44,179 nucleotides of DNA from Deltaproteobacteria bacterium. GTDB lineage: Bacteria; SAR324; NAC60-12. Both the position numbers and the translations under genes were made by a program. Location of the stretch: positions 1 to 44,179 of the forward strand of contig JAYOTF010000028.1 of assembly GCA_038150265.1 (NCBI GenBank), given 5' to 3'. Each line of letters begins with the position of its first letter. The first letter of the stretch is position 1. Positions 24,586 through 34,520 of this stretch are shown here, piece after piece. The notes beneath the pieces are model-generated. The model had not been told where the DNA came from. It did no database searches and saw only the letters and a list, made by a program, of their open reading frames with translations.

Positions 24586-25821
24586 TTAGCAAAACGAGTG
24601 GGTTAAGTCGTCAAAGGTCTCCCGCCTCCGGATCAGGCGTGGAGAGCCGTCGGTGATCAGCACCTCGGCAGGGCGAGGGCGGGTGTTGTAGTGCGAACTC
24701 ATGGACAGGCCATAGGCGCCTGCCTCGAGGAAGACGAGGTAGTCTCCAATTTGCGGATCCGGAACCAGTCGGTCGATGGCGTCACCGTCTCGGCTGAAGA
24801 TGTCTCCAGACTCACAGATGTTGCCCACGATCACCACCGACTGCGCCTCCGCATGGGCCCGGGACGCGTTGTCGATCTGGTGATAGGAGTTGTACATGGT
24901 GGGGCGGACCAGGTGGTTGAATCCGGAGTTGACGCCAATGAAGCGGTGCTCGGGCGTGGCATTGACGTCCGTCACCTGAACAACGAAGGAGCCTGCAGAG
25001 GCCACCAGGAAGCGTCCGGGCTCCAGCTTCATCCGCAATGGGCGTCCGTAATCTTCGACAAACTCGGCAAAGCGCCGGCTCATTTCCTGCCCCAGCCCTT
25101 CGTGATCCAGCGGCTCCTGATCCGGACGGTACGGCACACCGAACCCCCCGCCAAAGTCAATGAACTCCAGGTCTGGAAAGGCGCTCGCGGTCCGCAGAAC
25201 CAGCTCCATGGCCTCGAGCATGGGCGCCGCCGTGTAGATGCCCGTGCCAATGTGGGAGTGGATGCCGTTGATGCGGACCTGATGCCGAGCGGCAATTTCC
25301 CGGGCCTGATCCAGGTCCTCATGCCAGATGCCAAACTTGGACGCCGGCCCTCCGGTGATGCAGTGGGCGTGGTGTCCAGCGCCGACCCCGGGGTTGATGC
25401 GCAGCGAAAACGCGGCTCCAGGGTGGCGAGCGGCGAGGCGCTCCAGCGAGGAGAGGGAGCCCAGGTTCAGCGAAACCCCCAGCGCCAGGCACGTTTCCAG
25501 CTCGTCCAGAGTGGAGTTGTTTCCGGTGAAGAGGATGCGCTCTGCCGGAAATCCGGCTCCGAGGGCCAGGCGGACCTCCCCCTCTGAAACCGTGTCCACC
25601 CATGCCCCTTCTTCTTGAAGAATGCGAAGGATCGCTGGATTGGAATTGGCTTTCATGGCATAATGCACTTCCGGCTTGGGATGCGGAAAGGCCCCCTGCA
25701 GCGTGCGGAACTGATTCCGGATGCGGGCCTCATCATAAACATAAAGTGGGGCGCCAAACTCAACCGCGAGTTCCTCAAGCACACACCCCCCAACACACAG
25801 CTTGCTGCCGCGAATTTCCAT
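24586..25821 (-). CDS. lysA: Diaminopimelate decarboxylase
   Basis: YAMKAN (PLP lysine), HSHIG, GGGFG, EPGR, GNICESGD, GAY, YNTRP. Confidence 0.93.
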   Translation of the reverse strand: MEIRGSKLCVGGCVLEELAVEFGAPLYVYDEARIRNQFRTLQGAFPHPKPEVHYAMKANSNPAILRILQEEGAWVDTVSEGEVRLALGAGFPAERILFTGNNSTLDELETCLALGVSLNLGSLSSLERLAARHPGAAFSLRINPGVGAGHHAHCITGGPASKFGIWHEDLDQAREIAARHQVRINGIHSHIGTGIYTAAPMLEAMELVLRTASAFPDLEFIDFGGGFGVPYRPDQEPLDHEGLGQEMSRRFAEFVEDYGRPLRMKLEPGRFLVASAGSFVVQVTDVNATPEHRFIGVNSGFNHLVRPTMYNSYHQIDNASRAHAEAQSVVIVGNICESGDIFSRDGDAIDRLVPDPQIGDYLVFLEAGAYGLSMSSHYNTRPRPAEVLITDGSPRLIRRRETFDDLTHSFC

Positions 25822-25905
25822 TAGACGATCCTCTGATCTGAAACAAGTCTATCGTATCCCAAAAGCCTATCTGCGAAGCTGCAACATTCAAGCGCATAGC
25901 AATTC

Positions 25906-26925
25906 ATGACACAGGAAGTTTCCTCGTCCTCCCTCCGTCCCTGGATCCTCTGGGGCCTGGCTCTGGGCCTCATCGGTTTTTTGGCCGGTTTGGCGTGGGT
26001 CCAGCAGTCCCCCGCTGATAACATCATTGTGGAGGTCGCGCCTCCAGAGTTGCTGGAGGAGGCCGCCGGGGCAGTCGATGCCGAAGCCGTTGCCGCTGCA
26101 GAAGAGGCGCTTCCGCAAACCAGCGGGCTTCCGGTTCGGTCGCAGATGATTGAAAAAGGGGAAAACTACTGGGAGGTGACTCCGCCAGAGGAAGCCCAGA
26201 CGGCAGTGAATCAGTGGATCACCCTCATGGTTCAGAACAAGTCCCGCCTCGACCTGGTCGAGGTTCCGGATGCGACCAAGGACTGGGAGGTGGGGCAAGA
26301 CGGGCAGAAGCTCAAGATTCAGTTTCGCTCCGAAGTCGATGCGATGAAGGACATCCTTTCACGCCGCAACCGGGGCAAGTATGCCATTCAGCTGATGTCG
26401 GTTCCGGAAGACGAGTTTTCGGTGGCACTGGACCGGGTCCGGACCCTGATGGAGGATGGGCGGTACGCCTACCTCTACCGGACGGAGAAGCCGTATGACG
26501 GCAAGCACTGGTTCCGGGTGCGGGTGGGATTCTTCAAGAATGTGGATGAAGCGCAGGCGATGGGGAAGGAAATTCAGGAAGCCCACCAGGGCCGCAAGCT
26601 GTTTCCTCCCGGGTACTGGCCTGTGCTGCCCACTCCTTCGGAGCTGTCGAGGGAGCTCATCGACCTGCGGCAGGCGATCAACAAGCCGTGGGTGGTGCAG
26701 CCTCCGGATTATGACACCTTCGAAGAGGCGGTGAAGGACCTGGCGCGCTTCTCCCGTGAGACGGAGCTGAGCTACCTGTCGATGTGGGTGGATCCGGATT
26801 CCGGGAAGGCGACGTACCGCATTCGGGTCGGGTTTTATGAGCAGTCAGGAGAGGCGAGCTACGTCCGAACCCTGCTGCGACGCTCCTTCAAGGAGTTTCA
26901 GAAGGCTCGGATCATCAGCCTCTAG
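25906..26925 (+). CDS. Membrane-anchored protein with two SPOR-like peptidoglycan-binding domains
   Basis: N-terminal TM helix. YAIQLMS...WFRVRVGFF....EA and a second WVVQ...YRIRVGFY...EA repeat. Confidence 0.78.
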   Translation: MTQEVSSSSLRPWILWGLALGLIGFLAGLAWVQQSPADNIIVEVAPPELLEEAAGAVDAEAVAAAEEALPQTSGLPVRSQMIEKGENYWEVTPPEEAQTAVNQWITLMVQNKSRLDLVEVPDATKDWEVGQDGQKLKIQFRSEVDAMKDILSRRNRGKYAIQLMSVPEDEFSVALDRVRTLMEDGRYAYLYRTEKPYDGKHWFRVRVGFFKNVDEAQAMGKEIQEAHQGRKLFPPGYWPVLPTPSELSRELIDLRQAINKPWVVQPPDYDTFEEAVKDLARFSRETELSYLSMWVDPDSGKATYRIRVGFYEQSGEASYVRTLLRRSFKEFQKARIISL

Positions 26926-29180
26926 CGCTCCTCAATGATCTTGATGGCGTCGGAGTGGTGAACCCGGTAGGCGCCATTTTCCATCTTGTGCGGATCCAGG
27001 GTGGTCTGGAAGCGGTAGATCAGCCGTCGCCGCAGGGGGTGGAAGGTGATGGTGACATGCGCCAGCTTCTGGAGCTTCGCCTCATCTGCGGCTTCCAGCG
27101 GAGCCACGTAGAACATGTTGAGGGAGTTGAAGCGGACCAGGGCTTCAATGCCGGGCTCCTTGTGCCGATCGCTTCCCCTGGCCTGAATGGTGATGTGCTG
27201 GCCTTCCGCGATCTGCCGCGTGTGGCTGACGGTCAGCTCCGGGTTGTCGGAGGTGAAGTGGAGCTTCTTGCGGACGCTGATCAGGTCGTTCAGGCGCTCT
27301 GGAGTGATGTCCGGCAGCTGGGGCAGGGTCTCTTCAAAGCGGACCGGATTCTTGAGCAGCTGCTCCATCTCCACCCCCGTCTGAATCCGGGAGAGCTCCC
27401 AAACGAGCTGGGCCTCTGATTCTGTCAGCTTGAACATCTTCTGGGCACTGAGGATCAGGCGGCTCTCGACTCCGGCGTAAATCTGGGCCTTGAGGGGCTC
27501 GAGGTATTCCTGATCGGGCGTGTAGTAGATGTTCAGGTTCCCCCGGTCCGTATCTTCCCAGAACGTGGGTCCTGAAAACTTGAGCCGGGCCGACGTCATC
27601 TCCACGACCTTCCGGAAGGTCTCCTCTCCCAGCGTATCCAAATCATCAAGGACGTCCTTGATGATGCGGTCCACAAAGTTCTGCTGCTCCACCCGCAGGT
27701 AGAAGAGCGCCAGCCCCATCTGCAGCACCCGGACCCCATTGTTGATGAGAATGCCTCGGGAGAGGTCTTCCTTGTTGAAGTCCGGTGGGTTGTCGACCTG
27801 AAGGATTTCGGCCAGCAGGGCTTCCTGGAATTCGAGGTCCCAGTTTTCCTGATGAACCCGCTCCAGGACCTTCTTCATTTCGGTCGCAATGACATCGACA
27901 ATGAAGTACATGGCGCCGGCGTTGCTGCCGTGCTTGAAGATCTCGACGCCGTAGATCCGCAGGTAGAAGAAGGCCTGCTTGAGCTGGTCCTTCCACTGGA
28001 AGTCGACCAGGGAGTTGATGAAGTTGCCGTAGAAGAAGAAGAGGTTGTAGAGGTTCCGGGGCTCGTTGTTGCGGATCGCATGCTTGATGGCAAAGCGGAC
28101 CAGCGTGTTGAAGCGGATGATGATGGAGCCGACCAGCGCCTTCTCTTCCAACTCAATGGCCACCCGTCCCACCTTGGCCATCTCTCCCGCAACGAGGGAG
28201 GCCAGGTCGAACTCTCCCTGCTCAAGCAGGCGGATGTAGATGTTGCCGAGCAACCGGAAGCACTTCTGCTCATAGAAGCTCTGGTTCTGCTCCATGTCTG
28301 CAAACTGCCCCACCATCGTCTTGAAGGAAATGTCCGACCGGACCTTCTGGCTGACCTTGAAGAAGCGTGGGTCAAACTGGCTCTTGACGTGGAGGTACTC
28401 CCGGACGGTCTTGGAGATGTAGTAGATGATCTCGGCCTTCAGCTCCTTGAAGTTGACGTACTCGAGGATGTCGTCCAGTTGGTTGAGGGACTCGAAGATT
28501 TCGTGCTGGTAGCGCTCCACGATCTTGTCCTGCCCCATCAGGGCCTGCTGATGCGGCTGCGTCAGGGACTGAATGCGGTCGAGGTTGTTCGAGTAGATGC
28601 GCTCAATGATGTTGGTCGGTTTGGTGTACCGGAGGATGTAGAAGACGTAGGGAAAGGCAATGAAGCAACACAGCGTGAGCAGGATGTGGGTGTTGAAGAT
28701 CCGGCTCGACTCGCGCATCAGCTCAATCTCTCCGTAGATCTTGATCATCAGCGCATGCGAGCCTCCCAGGATGAGCGTCCAGATGTAGAGGAGGCTCGGG
28801 AGGTCCTTCATGTACAGGTCGATCAGCTTCGGGATGCTCTGCGAGGCAATCGAGATGACGAGGATGAGGGTTCCCAGCACCACCCCCAGCAGGGCCTGCC
28901 AGACTTCCGGTGTGAAGCCGATGTCGACCTCCGGGAATCCCTTGGGCGTGATGCCGGAGAGGGAGTGGACGAGGGACTTGTAAGGCTCAAACAGCCAGGT
29001 GTGGAAGACCATGTCGGCCAGCACCAGACTGACCAACACCACGGTAAAGGAAAAGAAGGTTCGGTGCGCGTCCGCAAACTCGGTGAGTCGGTAGAAGTAG
29101 TAATACATCCCCTGATCAGGAGGAACGGAGCGATCGGAGTTGGAAACTGCGGGTGAAGCAACCGTGGTGTCGGAACTCAT
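26922..29180 (-). CDS. Large hypothetical membrane protein (DUF2254-like N-terminal TM bundle, helical middle, PilZN-like C-terminus)
   Basis: 752-aa ORF with strong codon bias. About 4 N-terminal TM helices (LGTLILVISIASQ.IPKLIDLY; FPYVFYILRY.KP.NII). Co-oriented with and 6 nt downstream of pgk. Confidence 0.8.
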   Translation of the reverse strand: MSSDTTVASPAVSNSDRSVPPDQGMYYYFYRLTEFADAHRTFFSFTVVLVSLVLADMVFHTWLFEPYKSLVHSLSGITPKGFPEVDIGFTPEVWQALLGVVLGTLILVISIASQSIPKLIDLYMKDLPSLLYIWTLILGGSHALMIKIYGEIELMRESSRIFNTHILLTLCCFIAFPYVFYILRYTKPTNIIERIYSNNLDRIQSLTQPHQQALMGQDKIVERYQHEIFESLNQLDDILEYVNFKELKAEIIYYISKTVREYLHVKSQFDPRFFKVSQKVRSDISFKTMVGQFADMEQNQSFYEQKCFRLLGNIYIRLLEQGEFDLASLVAGEMAKVGRVAIELEEKALVGSIIIRFNTLVRFAIKHAIRNNEPRNLYNLFFFYGNFINSLVDFQWKDQLKQAFFYLRIYGVEIFKHGSNAGAMYFIVDVIATEMKKVLERVHQENWDLEFQEALLAEILQVDNPPDFNKEDLSRGILINNGVRVLQMGLALFYLRVEQQNFVDRIIKDVLDDLDTLGEETFRKVVEMTSARLKFSGPTFWEDTDRGNLNIYYTPDQEYLEPLKAQIYAGVESRLILSAQKMFKLTESEAQLVWELSRIQTGVEMEQLLKNPVRFEETLPQLPDITPERLNDLISVRKKLHFTSDNPELTVSHTRQIAEGQHITIQARGSDRHKEPGIEALVRFNSLNMFYVAPLEAADEAKLQKLAHVTITFHPLRRRLIYRFQTTLDPHKMENGAYRVHHSDAIKIIEER

Positions 29181-29186
29181 GGAACG

Positions 29187-30401
<1,215 letters not shown>

Positions 30402-30597
30402 GCTTCAGTTTGTTGAGAAGATCACATGGAAGCGAGAAGTGGAGATCGTCTGATATCCTTATGAATTCCCTCTGAATGATCAAGCGATGTTTTGCTGGCA
30501 ACACCGCGATTTCGCGGTTTTCCGCAGGCCCATATTGATTTCCTTTGATTTTTGATATAGTCTTGTCTCGGATACAACCTAAAGAGCGGTTAGACTC

Positions 30598-31236
30598 ATG
30601 AATAAACAAGCAGAACTCTTTGGCGCCGATCAGTACCTCCGCCCCTGTGGGGAGTGCCGCAATCCCTTTCCCCGGACCCTGGATTTCTTTCCGGAGGGAC
30701 GCTGTTCCGATGGGCTCTCCACGCTGTGTCGCAAGTGTGCGCAGGGCAAGGCTGAAGTCGTTCCGGTTCCGAAGCCGATCGTTTTGGAAGCCCGGACCTG
30801 TGAGGACTGCGGGGAGTCCCGCTCCATCAATCAGTTTTACATGGATGCCAAGGGCCCTGGAGGGAAGTCATGGGTGTGCAAGTGGTGCAAGGACCGTCAG
30901 AAGCAGCCCCCGGTTGCTCCAGAGACGCCGTTTCTGCTGTGCTTCATTCAGGATGTCCGGAACCTGCGGGTGCGGTTGGATGTCTCCACGGAGCCGCTTC
31001 GGTTGCTGACCCACCTCCAGGAGGGCGCATCGGTGCCGCTTCGGTTGCTGGCGACCCAGGGCTTTGCAACGGAGGCTCAGGCAGAGGCGCAGCAGGAAAG
31101 CCTGATGCAGTGCTTTGAGAAGCAGAAGGTGTATGGCCGCTGGCTGGAAAACAGTGACCTGCTCACGCGATGGATTGAAGGAATTCAGCCTGCTGTGCCG
31201 CAGAAAGCTGCTCCCAGGAACGCCATCGCTGGCTGA
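30598..31236 (+). CDS. Protein with two C4 zinc ribbons and a degenerate GIY-YIG (T5orf172/Mug113-like) domain
   Basis: CGEC...F....CSDG....CRKC and CEDC...F.......G....CKWC. C-terminal FIQ...RVRLDVS..P.....LQEG...PLRLL...F....VYGRW. Confidence 0.7.
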   Translation: MNKQAELFGADQYLRPCGECRNPFPRTLDFFPEGRCSDGLSTLCRKCAQGKAEVVPVPKPIVLEARTCEDCGESRSINQFYMDAKGPGGKSWVCKWCKDRQKQPPVAPETPFLLCFIQDVRNLRVRLDVSTEPLRLLTHLQEGASVPLRLLATQGFATEAQAEAQQESLMQCFEKQKVYGRWLENSDLLTRWIEGIQPAVPQKAAPRNAIAG

Positions 31237-31609
31237 AGCGCCCCACCCGTTCCGGAGGCGGGAAGCCTGGCTGGCACCCCACCAGCCACAGCGCTCCGTC
31301 TTCCACCCAGAAAAGGGCATTCTGCCCCCACTCCCGTGCCTCAGCCTCACACGCTTCCCGTGAGGCCGCAATCGCAAAACTCGGTTCAAAGTGAGACCAG
31401 TCTGGAGCCCCGGCCCAGACAGGCGCATGACGCACCTCCTGACCCCGGAGGTCAGCGCCGAGCTGCGCCTGCAGGCGCTGGTTTTCGGAACGCTCCAGAA
31501 AGACCCCCGGGTTCCAGGCGGTGAGGATGGCAAAGTGGGAGAACGGTGGAGCCTCCGGAGCCGTGAAGCAGGTGGGACGGTAGAGGTCCCACAGGGCCTG
31601 AGGCGTCAT
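31163..31609 (-). CDS. DUF3293-like protein
   Basis: [13 protein letters not shown]...W.H.E.S, WGQNALF signature. ATGA overlap with the upstream yyaL-like gene. Confidence 0.8.
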   Translation of the reverse strand: MTPQALWDLYRPTCFTAPEAPPFSHFAILTAWNPGVFLERSENQRLQAQLGADLRGQEVRHAPVWAGAPDWSHFEPSFAIAASREACEAEAREWGQNALFWVEDGALWLVGCQPGFPPPERVGRFSQRWRSWEQLSAAQQAEFLQSIA

Positions 31610-33681
31610 GAAAGCTGCTGCTTCAACTCGGCAGCAGTCCGGACCGGAAGCTGGCAGGTGAAGTTTTCACAGACGTAGGCGATGGCCTGTCCATCCGGAG
31701 TGCCCCGCCCCTCGGCAAGCGGCAGGATCGCCTCGACCGCCGCTTCGTCTCCGGCCGGCAGGAAGGCGGTGACCAGATGCGGGTAGTAGCCCTTCTGAAG
31801 GACCTCCAGCATGGCCTCGGTTTCGGGCTCGCCGCGGGTTCCGGCCACCACCACTTCCCGAGGCGGTGCCTGGTGGAAGTGGAGGGCCTGCAGCATTGCT
31901 CCAAAGCTGACGCCTGCACGCTCCAGGTGCTGTGAGAAGTAGCGGAAGATGCGGAGCGCATCCTCCTGATACGTGGGGTCTCCCGTGTAGGCCCACAGCC
32001 TCAGGAACGCCTGAGCCGTGGCGCTGTTTCCGGAAGGCTCCACACCGTCGTAGCCGTCGATGCTCCGGGTCAGCAAGGCTTCGGCATCCGCTCCGGTGTC
32101 AAAGTAGGCCCCAGCGTCGTTGTGAAACAGGCGACGGATTTCTGCCGCAAGGTGCTGAGCCTGAGCAAACCAGTGCAGGTCGTAGGTGGTTTCATAGAGG
32201 TCGAGGCAGGCGACAGCAAGTTGGGCGTAGTCCACCAGGTACGCCTGGTAACGGGCCTCGCCTTCTCGCCAGCGCCGGAGCAGGCGTCCGGATGCGTCCA
32301 TCAGTTCCCGGAAGAGGAACCGGGCGGCCTGAACCGCCTCATCCGCATATTCGGGCTTCCCCAGCGCCCGAGCGGCATGAGCGAGTGCGGAAATCATCAG
32401 AGCATTCCAGGAGGTGAGGACCTTGTCATCACAAAGCGGCCGGATGCGGCGACTGCGGTGCTCGAGCAGACGCATCCGGGCTTCTGCGAGCTTGGCGATG
32501 AAGGCTTCATCGGAAAGCCCGAGCCCTTGCGCCACATCTTCCATGCGGTTCGGGCGATTCGGAATGCTCGCCCCCTCGAAGTTGCCTTCGGGAGTGAGGT
32601 CCCAGTACACGCAGGCGATCTCAGCCAACTCCGACCCCAGCACCTCCTGAACCTCTTGGGGCGTCCACACGTAAAACTTCCCCTCCACGCCTTCACTGTC
32701 GGCATCTTCTGCAGAATAAAAGGCGCCTTCCGGGTGCCGCATGTCCCGGAGGAGGTAGGCGAGCACGTCTTGGGCGCCACTGGCGTAAAGGGCCTTGCCG
32801 GTCACCTGGTGGGCTTCCAGCAGAGCCCGGACGAAGAGGGCGTTGTCGTAGAGCATCTTCTCAAAGTGCGGGACCAGCCACTGGTAGTCGGTGCTGTAGC
32901 GGCTCAGGCCACCGCCAATTTGGTCGTAGATGCCCCCCTGCAGCATCGCCTGCAGCGTGTGTTCCGTCATCGTCAGCGCTTCTTCCTGCTGCGTCCGGCG
33001 GTAGTAACGCAGGAGCATCTGCAGGCCCATGCTGGGGGGGAACTTGTTTTGGGGCTGCAGCTTGAAGCCGCCATGCTGTTCGTCATAGGCCTGAAGGTAC
33101 TGCTGGAACATGGCGCTTTCAGCAGAGGCATCCGGAACCGTTTGGTCCGCTGAGACGGTGTGGACCATCCGGCTCAGGTGCTCCTTCATTTCACCTCCGA
33201 CCTGCTCCAGCTTTTCCCGCTGCTCCTGCCACAGCTGGGCCAGGCGTTCAAGAATGGTCCGGAACGAAGGGCGACCGTAGAGGTCCTGGGGAGGAAAGTA
33301 GGTGCCGCCCGTGACGGGGCGTCCATCTGGCAGAACGAACATGTTCAGCGGCCAGCCTCCCTGCTGTCCCAGCGCGTGCAGCGCATCCATGTGCAGCTTG
33401 TCCACATCCGGACGCTCCTCGCGGTCGACCTTGACCGGAATGAAGTGCGCATTGAGGAAGGCCGCCAACTCCGGATCCTCGAAGCTCTCCCGCTCCATGA
33501 CGTGGCACCAGTGACAGGTCGCATAGCCGATGCTGATCAGGAGCAGCTTGTCCTCAGCCTGAGCGCGGGCAAACGCCTCTTTGCCCCACGGGTACCAGTC
33601 CACCGGGTTGTGGGCGTGCTGAAGCAGGTAGGGGCTCTTTTCGTGGATGAGCCGGTTGGGCGGATGGGGGGCGTCTGTCAT
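31606..33681 (-). CDS. yyaL: Thioredoxin domain-containing protein, YyaL/SPATA20 (DUF255) family
   Basis: [71 protein letters not shown]. Start trimmed to MTDAPH. Confidence 0.93.
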   Translation of the reverse strand: MTDAPHPPNRLIHEKSPYLLQHAHNPVDWYPWGKEAFARAQAEDKLLLISIGYATCHWCHVMERESFEDPELAAFLNAHFIPVKVDREERPDVDKLHMDALHALGQQGGWPLNMFVLPDGRPVTGGTYFPPQDLYGRPSFRTILERLAQLWQEQREKLEQVGGEMKEHLSRMVHTVSADQTVPDASAESAMFQQYLQAYDEQHGGFKLQPQNKFPPSMGLQMLLRYYRRTQQEEALTMTEHTLQAMLQGGIYDQIGGGLSRYSTDYQWLVPHFEKMLYDNALFVRALLEAHQVTGKALYASGAQDVLAYLLRDMRHPEGAFYSAEDADSEGVEGKFYVWTPQEVQEVLGSELAEIACVYWDLTPEGNFEGASIPNRPNRMEDVAQGLGLSDEAFIAKLAEARMRLLEHRSRRIRPLCDDKVLTSWNALMISALAHAARALGKPEYADEAVQAARFLFRELMDASGRLLRRWREGEARYQAYLVDYAQLAVACLDLYETTYDLHWFAQAQHLAAEIRRLFHNDAGAYFDTGADAEALLTRSIDGYDGVEPSGNSATAQAFLRLWAYTGDPTYQEDALRIFRYFSQHLERAGVSFGAMLQALHFHQAPPREVVVAGTRGEPETEAMLEVLQKGYYPHLVTAFLPAGDEAAVEAILPLAEGRGTPDGQAIAYVCENFTCQLPVRTAAELKQQLS

Positions 33682-33721
33682 GGTTTTAAATAGGATCAAA
33701 ATGGTGCTATTTGAGCGCAAG

Positions 33722-33756
33722 AAAAAAGCCTCTCACGGAGGATCCGGAGAGGCTTT
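33722..33756 (-). terminator. Rho-independent terminator of sdhCAB
   Basis: Stem AAAGCCTCTC/GAGAGGCTTT just after the sdhB stop, followed on the minus strand by a T-run. Confidence 0.75.
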
Positions 33757-33762
33757 GGGGGG

Positions 33763-34512
33763 TCAGGCGCGGAAGAGGCTTCTCCAGAAGCGCCCGGAGG
33801 TCTGGCGTCCGACGTCGGCGATGGACTCGGTCAGCGGGATCTCCTTCGGGCAAACTTCGACGCAGTTTTGGGCGTTGCCGCAACTGGCGATGCCGCCTTC
33901 GCGCATGAGGGCATCGAGGCGATCGTCGGCAATGTTCTTGCCGGTGGGGTGCATGTTGAACAGGCGGGCCTGGCTGATGGCGGCCGGGCCGAGGAAGTCG
34001 CCGCCCTTGGTGTACTGCGGGCAGGATTCCACACAGCATCCGCAGGTCATGCACTCCGAAAGCTTGTAGGCAACCTGCTGCTGCTGAGGCGAGATGCGCT
34101 CGCCCGGGCCGAGGTCGTAGTAGCCGTCGGCAGGCACCCAGGCCTTGACCTTCTTGAGGGCTTCAAACATGCGGGAGCGGTCGACGATGAGGTCCCGGAC
34201 GACCGGGAACTTCGACATCGGCTGGATGGTGATGGGCTGCTCCAGCTTGTCAATCAGGGCGCTGCAGGCCTGGCGTGCCTTGCCGTTGATGACCATGGTG
34301 CAGGTGCCGCAGACCTCTTCGAGGCAGTTGGCTTCCCAAACCACGGGGGCGACCTTCTTGCCTTCCGCATTGATGGGGTTCTTCTGAATGTCCATCAGGC
34401 AGGAGATGACATTCGAGTTGGGCTGGTACGGAATGACAAAGGTATCCCAGTAAGGTTGCCCGCTTTGGGAGCTTTGCCGTTGGATCTTGAAGGTAATCGT
34501 TTTTTCAGCCAT
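33763..34512 (-). CDS. sdhB: Succinate dehydrogenase/fumarate reductase iron-sulfur subunit
   Basis: CLEEVCGTC...C (2Fe-2S), CMTCGCCVESCP, CGNAQNCVEVCP. Confidence 0.96.
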   Translation of the reverse strand: MAEKTITFKIQRQSSQSGQPYWDTFVIPYQPNSNVISCLMDIQKNPINAEGKKVAPVVWEANCLEEVCGTCTMVINGKARQACSALIDKLEQPITIQPMSKFPVVRDLIVDRSRMFEALKKVKAWVPADGYYDLGPGERISPQQQQVAYKLSECMTCGCCVESCPQYTKGGDFLGPAAISQARLFNMHPTGKNIADDRLDALMREGGIASCGNAQNCVEVCPKEIPLTESIADVGRQTSGRFWRSLFRA

Positions 34513-34520
34513 GGGTTGTC

